From Steroidobacteraceae bacterium (lineage in GTDB: Bacteria > Pseudomonadota > Gammaproteobacteria > Steroidobacterales > Steroidobacteraceae), in assembly GCA_035621995.1 (NCBI GenBank), contig DASPWF010000009.1:9945-73944 (forward strand): a stretch of DNA of 64,000 nucleotides. The letters are read 5' to 3'. Of the stretch, positions 61,825 to 64,000 are shown piece by piece. Both the position numbers and the translations under genes were made by a program. A model generated the notes under the pieces. That model saw nothing but the letters and a program-made list of their open reading frames with translations. It searched no databases and was not told the DNA's origin. How positions within the stretch are numbered: the stretch's first letter is position 1; each line of letters opens with the position of its first letter.

Positions 61825-63975
61825 ATGAGCGAACCGGCCGCCACACGCATGCGCTGGCCACCGAGGGGGCTGCGTAAACATCTGAGCGCCGGCGCGAACC
61901 GCATCGCACTGTCAACGGCGCTACGGGGAACGCTCGCTACCGTTGTGCCGCTCGCCGTATTGCCGCGCGTGGGTCTTGGGTATCTTGCGTACCCGGCCGT
62001 GCTCGGCGCACTTGCGACTTCCATGGTCGATGTCGGCGGTCCGTATCGCACACGGCTGATTGCCATGCTCGTACAGGCACTTGGAGGACCGTGTCTGTTG
62101 CTTCTGGGCACCCGCGCCGAGGGACACTGGTGGCTTGCTGCGGCTGTCATGGCGGCCATCGGAGTGCTGTCCGGGCTGACCCGTGCCCTGGGCCCAGCCG
62201 GCCCCTCGTTGGGCACCAACACGGCGGTTGCCTTTCTCGTCGGGCTGCAGCTCGCAACACTTTCAGATGCGCGCGCAGGGCTCTGGGCAGTGGGCTATGC
62301 CGCCGGCAGTGCGTGGACGGTGGTAATCGCGCTCGTATTCTGGCAGCTGCGCCCCTATCGCCGCCTCGAGCAGGAGCTCGCTGCAACCTGGCAGGCCGTG
62401 GCGTTGCTCCTGCGCGTTCCTGCACTAAACAAGCCCGCGAGCGCGGTCGGACGACTACGTCGCGAACGAAAGGTCGGGACGCTCCATGCAGACGTAGTTG
62501 CGGCGCTCGAGCGGTCACGCGATGTACTCGGTGACATACGTGCCGGCATGGCCGGCCCCGGCACGACCATCGCCCAGATGCTCGTACTGATTGACGCGGC
62601 GGCAGCCATGGCGGGTAGCGCGATCACACTTTGTGACTTGGAGGCCAGTTCCGAAACGACCGCCCCACTTGCCAGGGCTTGTCGTGCCGTCGGCCGCGTC
62701 CTACTCAGCGGAAAGGGTGAGCTGCCGTTGTCGGAACTGCATAACCAGGTGCGTAGCTCTGAAGCGGCCGCAAGACTGTCGCGCGAAGAGCTCACCGCCT
62801 GGACCCATGCGTTGAGTACCCTGGATGTCGCCGACGAGGCACTTCGAGTCCTGTTCGGCGTAAGACATCGTCTGCCGGACCTACTGCGCCTTCCCTTCGC
62901 GCATCGCTTACCGCGCGGGGTCGTGCTTACTGCGCTCCGTGCGCATGCTACGCCGCGCTCCGCAGTATTCCGGCATGCGATGCGAGTGGCTGTGGTGACC
63001 GCCGCCGACGCCGCTCTGTTGGTCTACCTGCGTCTGCCGCATGGTATCTGGCTGCCCCTCACGTCACTCACCATCCTACAGCCTGAGTATGGAAGCACGG
63101 TCACACGCGCTCTGCAGCGGACCCTCGGAACGATCGGTGGGGCGGTGATTGCGAGTGTGCTGCTCGCGACCGTACACGGCACAGCGACATACGATGCGGC
63201 GCTGGGTTTGCTGCTCTTTGCCACCTTCCTGGTCATCCGGCGCAATTATGGGTACGGCATCACGTTCCTCACCCCGATCGTCATTCTGCTGATCAGCCGC
63301 GGCAGTCTCGACCCATGGATCGACCTCGCCGAACGGGTCGCCTACACGGTGGCCGGCGCGATTCTCGCGCTGGCTGCGGCCTACCTGCTGTGGCCGCAAT
63401 GGGAGCGCGATCAACTGCGGGACCGTCTCCAACGCGCGCTGCAGGCGTTGCACCGCTACCTGGATGGAGTGCTGCAACATCTGGCAGGCACCGGCGTGAC
63501 CCCGGAGGCTCTGGCCGCCTTGCGGCGGCAAGCGGAATTGGCGCTGGTGAACGCCGAGGCGGGGTTCCAACGGATGCGTGCAGAACCCGCTGACCGTACC
63601 GAGTTGCTCGGCGTTGCCTTCCCCCTCCTCGTCTACCTGAGGCGACTGTGCCGCCACACCATCGCCCTATCACTTCAGCACGAGGATGCTCCGCTGCCTG
63701 TGGAGCCCGTGACCAGGTTGCGCGAGCTAATCGCGGCAGCGCTGGCGGATCTTGGCAAGGTCCTCGCTGAGGGACGAATGTCAGTGCCGCGGCCGAGCCT
63801 CGAGTCGCAGCTTGCAGAGCTCGTATCGCAGCTCAGCCCAGGCGCTGCGAGTGGGACGAGTCGCGCCACGGGACTAGTAGGGCGCATCGTCAGTGACGTG
63901 ATGGGACTACTCGGCGCAGCAGGCTATCACCGCGATGTTGCGTCGTTCTCCGGGCGGGAGGTGACCTCAACCTAA
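61825..63975 (+). CDS. FUSC/YccS-YhfK-family integral membrane protein
   Basis: I take the ATG at 61825. It has two hydrophobic blocks of about 5-6 TM segments each (LRGTLATVVPLAVL... and RHAMRVAVVTAADAALLVYL...), separated and followed by helical cytoplasmic regions. This is the typical fusaric-acid-resistance-like family architecture. Confidence 0.7.
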   Translation: MSEPAATRMRWPPRGLRKHLSAGANRIALSTALRGTLATVVPLAVLPRVGLGYLAYPAVLGALATSMVDVGGPYRTRLIAMLVQALGGPCLLLLGTRAEGHWWLAAAVMAAIGVLSGLTRALGPAGPSLGTNTAVAFLVGLQLATLSDARAGLWAVGYAAGSAWTVVIALVFWQLRPYRRLEQELAATWQAVALLLRVPALNKPASAVGRLRRERKVGTLHADVVAALERSRDVLGDIRAGMAGPGTTIAQMLVLIDAAAAMAGSAITLCDLEASSETTAPLARACRAVGRVLLSGKGELPLSELHNQVRSSEAAARLSREELTAWTHALSTLDVADEALRVLFGVRHRLPDLLRLPFAHRLPRGVVLTALRAHATPRSAVFRHAMRVAVVTAADAALLVYLRLPHGIWLPLTSLTILQPEYGSTVTRALQRTLGTIGGAVIASVLLATVHGTATYDAALGLLLFATFLVIRRNYGYGITFLTPIVILLISRGSLDPWIDLAERVAYTVAGAILALAAAYLLWPQWERDQLRDRLQRALQALHRYLDGVLQHLAGTGVTPEALAALRRQAELALVNAEAGFQRMRAEPADRTELLGVAFPLLVYLRRLCRHTIALSLQHEDAPLPVEPVTRLRELIAAALADLGKVLAEGRMSVPRPSLESQLAELVSQLSPGAASGTSRATGLVGRIVSDVMGLLGAAGYHRDVASFSGREVTST

Positions 63976-64000
63976 GATTGCCTCACAGGACCCTCGTCAT

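Noticed and set aside
1-64000. Looked for a CRISPR array, tRNA/rRNA genes, IS elements, integrases, phage modules, toxin-antitoxin pairs and known defence-system hallmarks (nucleases, ATPases, reverse transcriptases, cyclases).
   Set aside because: None were recognisable by eye. The only DNA-metabolism gene is the UdgX-type glycosylase. The repeats found are short regulatory-type or coding repeats, not spacer-repeat arrays.

Overview
This is a high-GC bacterial chromosomal segment with a strong G/C preference at codon position 3. Gene content points to a Gram-negative, proteobacterium-like organism: a TonB-dependent receptor, a tripartite RND pump and many lipobox lipoproteins. I call 60 CDS, four of which are low-confidence mini-ORFs. 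I also call three hairpin terminators and a few short DNA repeats. I found no rRNA, tRNA, CRISPR array, transposase, integrase or phage genes.

Layout, left to right:
- A partial TonB receptor, divergent from glpK.
- A tight minus-strand bhmt-soxBDAG operon (betaine/sarcosine demethylation).
- An enolase-superfamily enzyme, a GMC oxidoreductase and two MFS transporters.
- An envelope block: a DUF937-OmpA protein, a secreted PNY-repeat protein, a MESH1-like ppGpp hydrolase, GlcG, a CAP-domain protein and a YidE/YbjL transporter.
- About 6 kb of small exported or lipoproteins plus a Tat-signal beta-carbonic anhydrase, bracketed by two inverted paralogous beta-barrel OMP genes.
- A methyltransferase and an arylsulfatase, then a PQQ dehydrogenase.
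- An RND efflux operon.
- A large Gly/Tyr/Asn-repeat secreted protein and a Cys-rich-repeat protein.
- A long minus-strand run: SSS symporter, ureohydrolase, DUF1989, SPFH, a 466-aa unknown, an L,D-transpeptidase and a DUF3313 lipoprotein.
- A compositionally atypical patch with a UdgX-type uracil-DNA glycosylase and a CYTH-like gene coupled to a split chromate transporter.
- An NTF2-like protein and a PDZ protein.
- A non-canonical kdpC-kdpA pair without kdpB.
- A lower-GC spacer with 21-bp-phased direct repeats, then a FUSC-family membrane protein.

I did not recognise a textbook defence or mobile system. The best candidates for something new are the small-exported-protein island, the symporter-ureohydrolase-DUF1989 module, the UdgX / CYTH-chromate-transporter patch, the orphan kdpCA pair and the repeat-rich secreted protein pair. 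All functional calls rest on motif recognition by eye. No searches were run.
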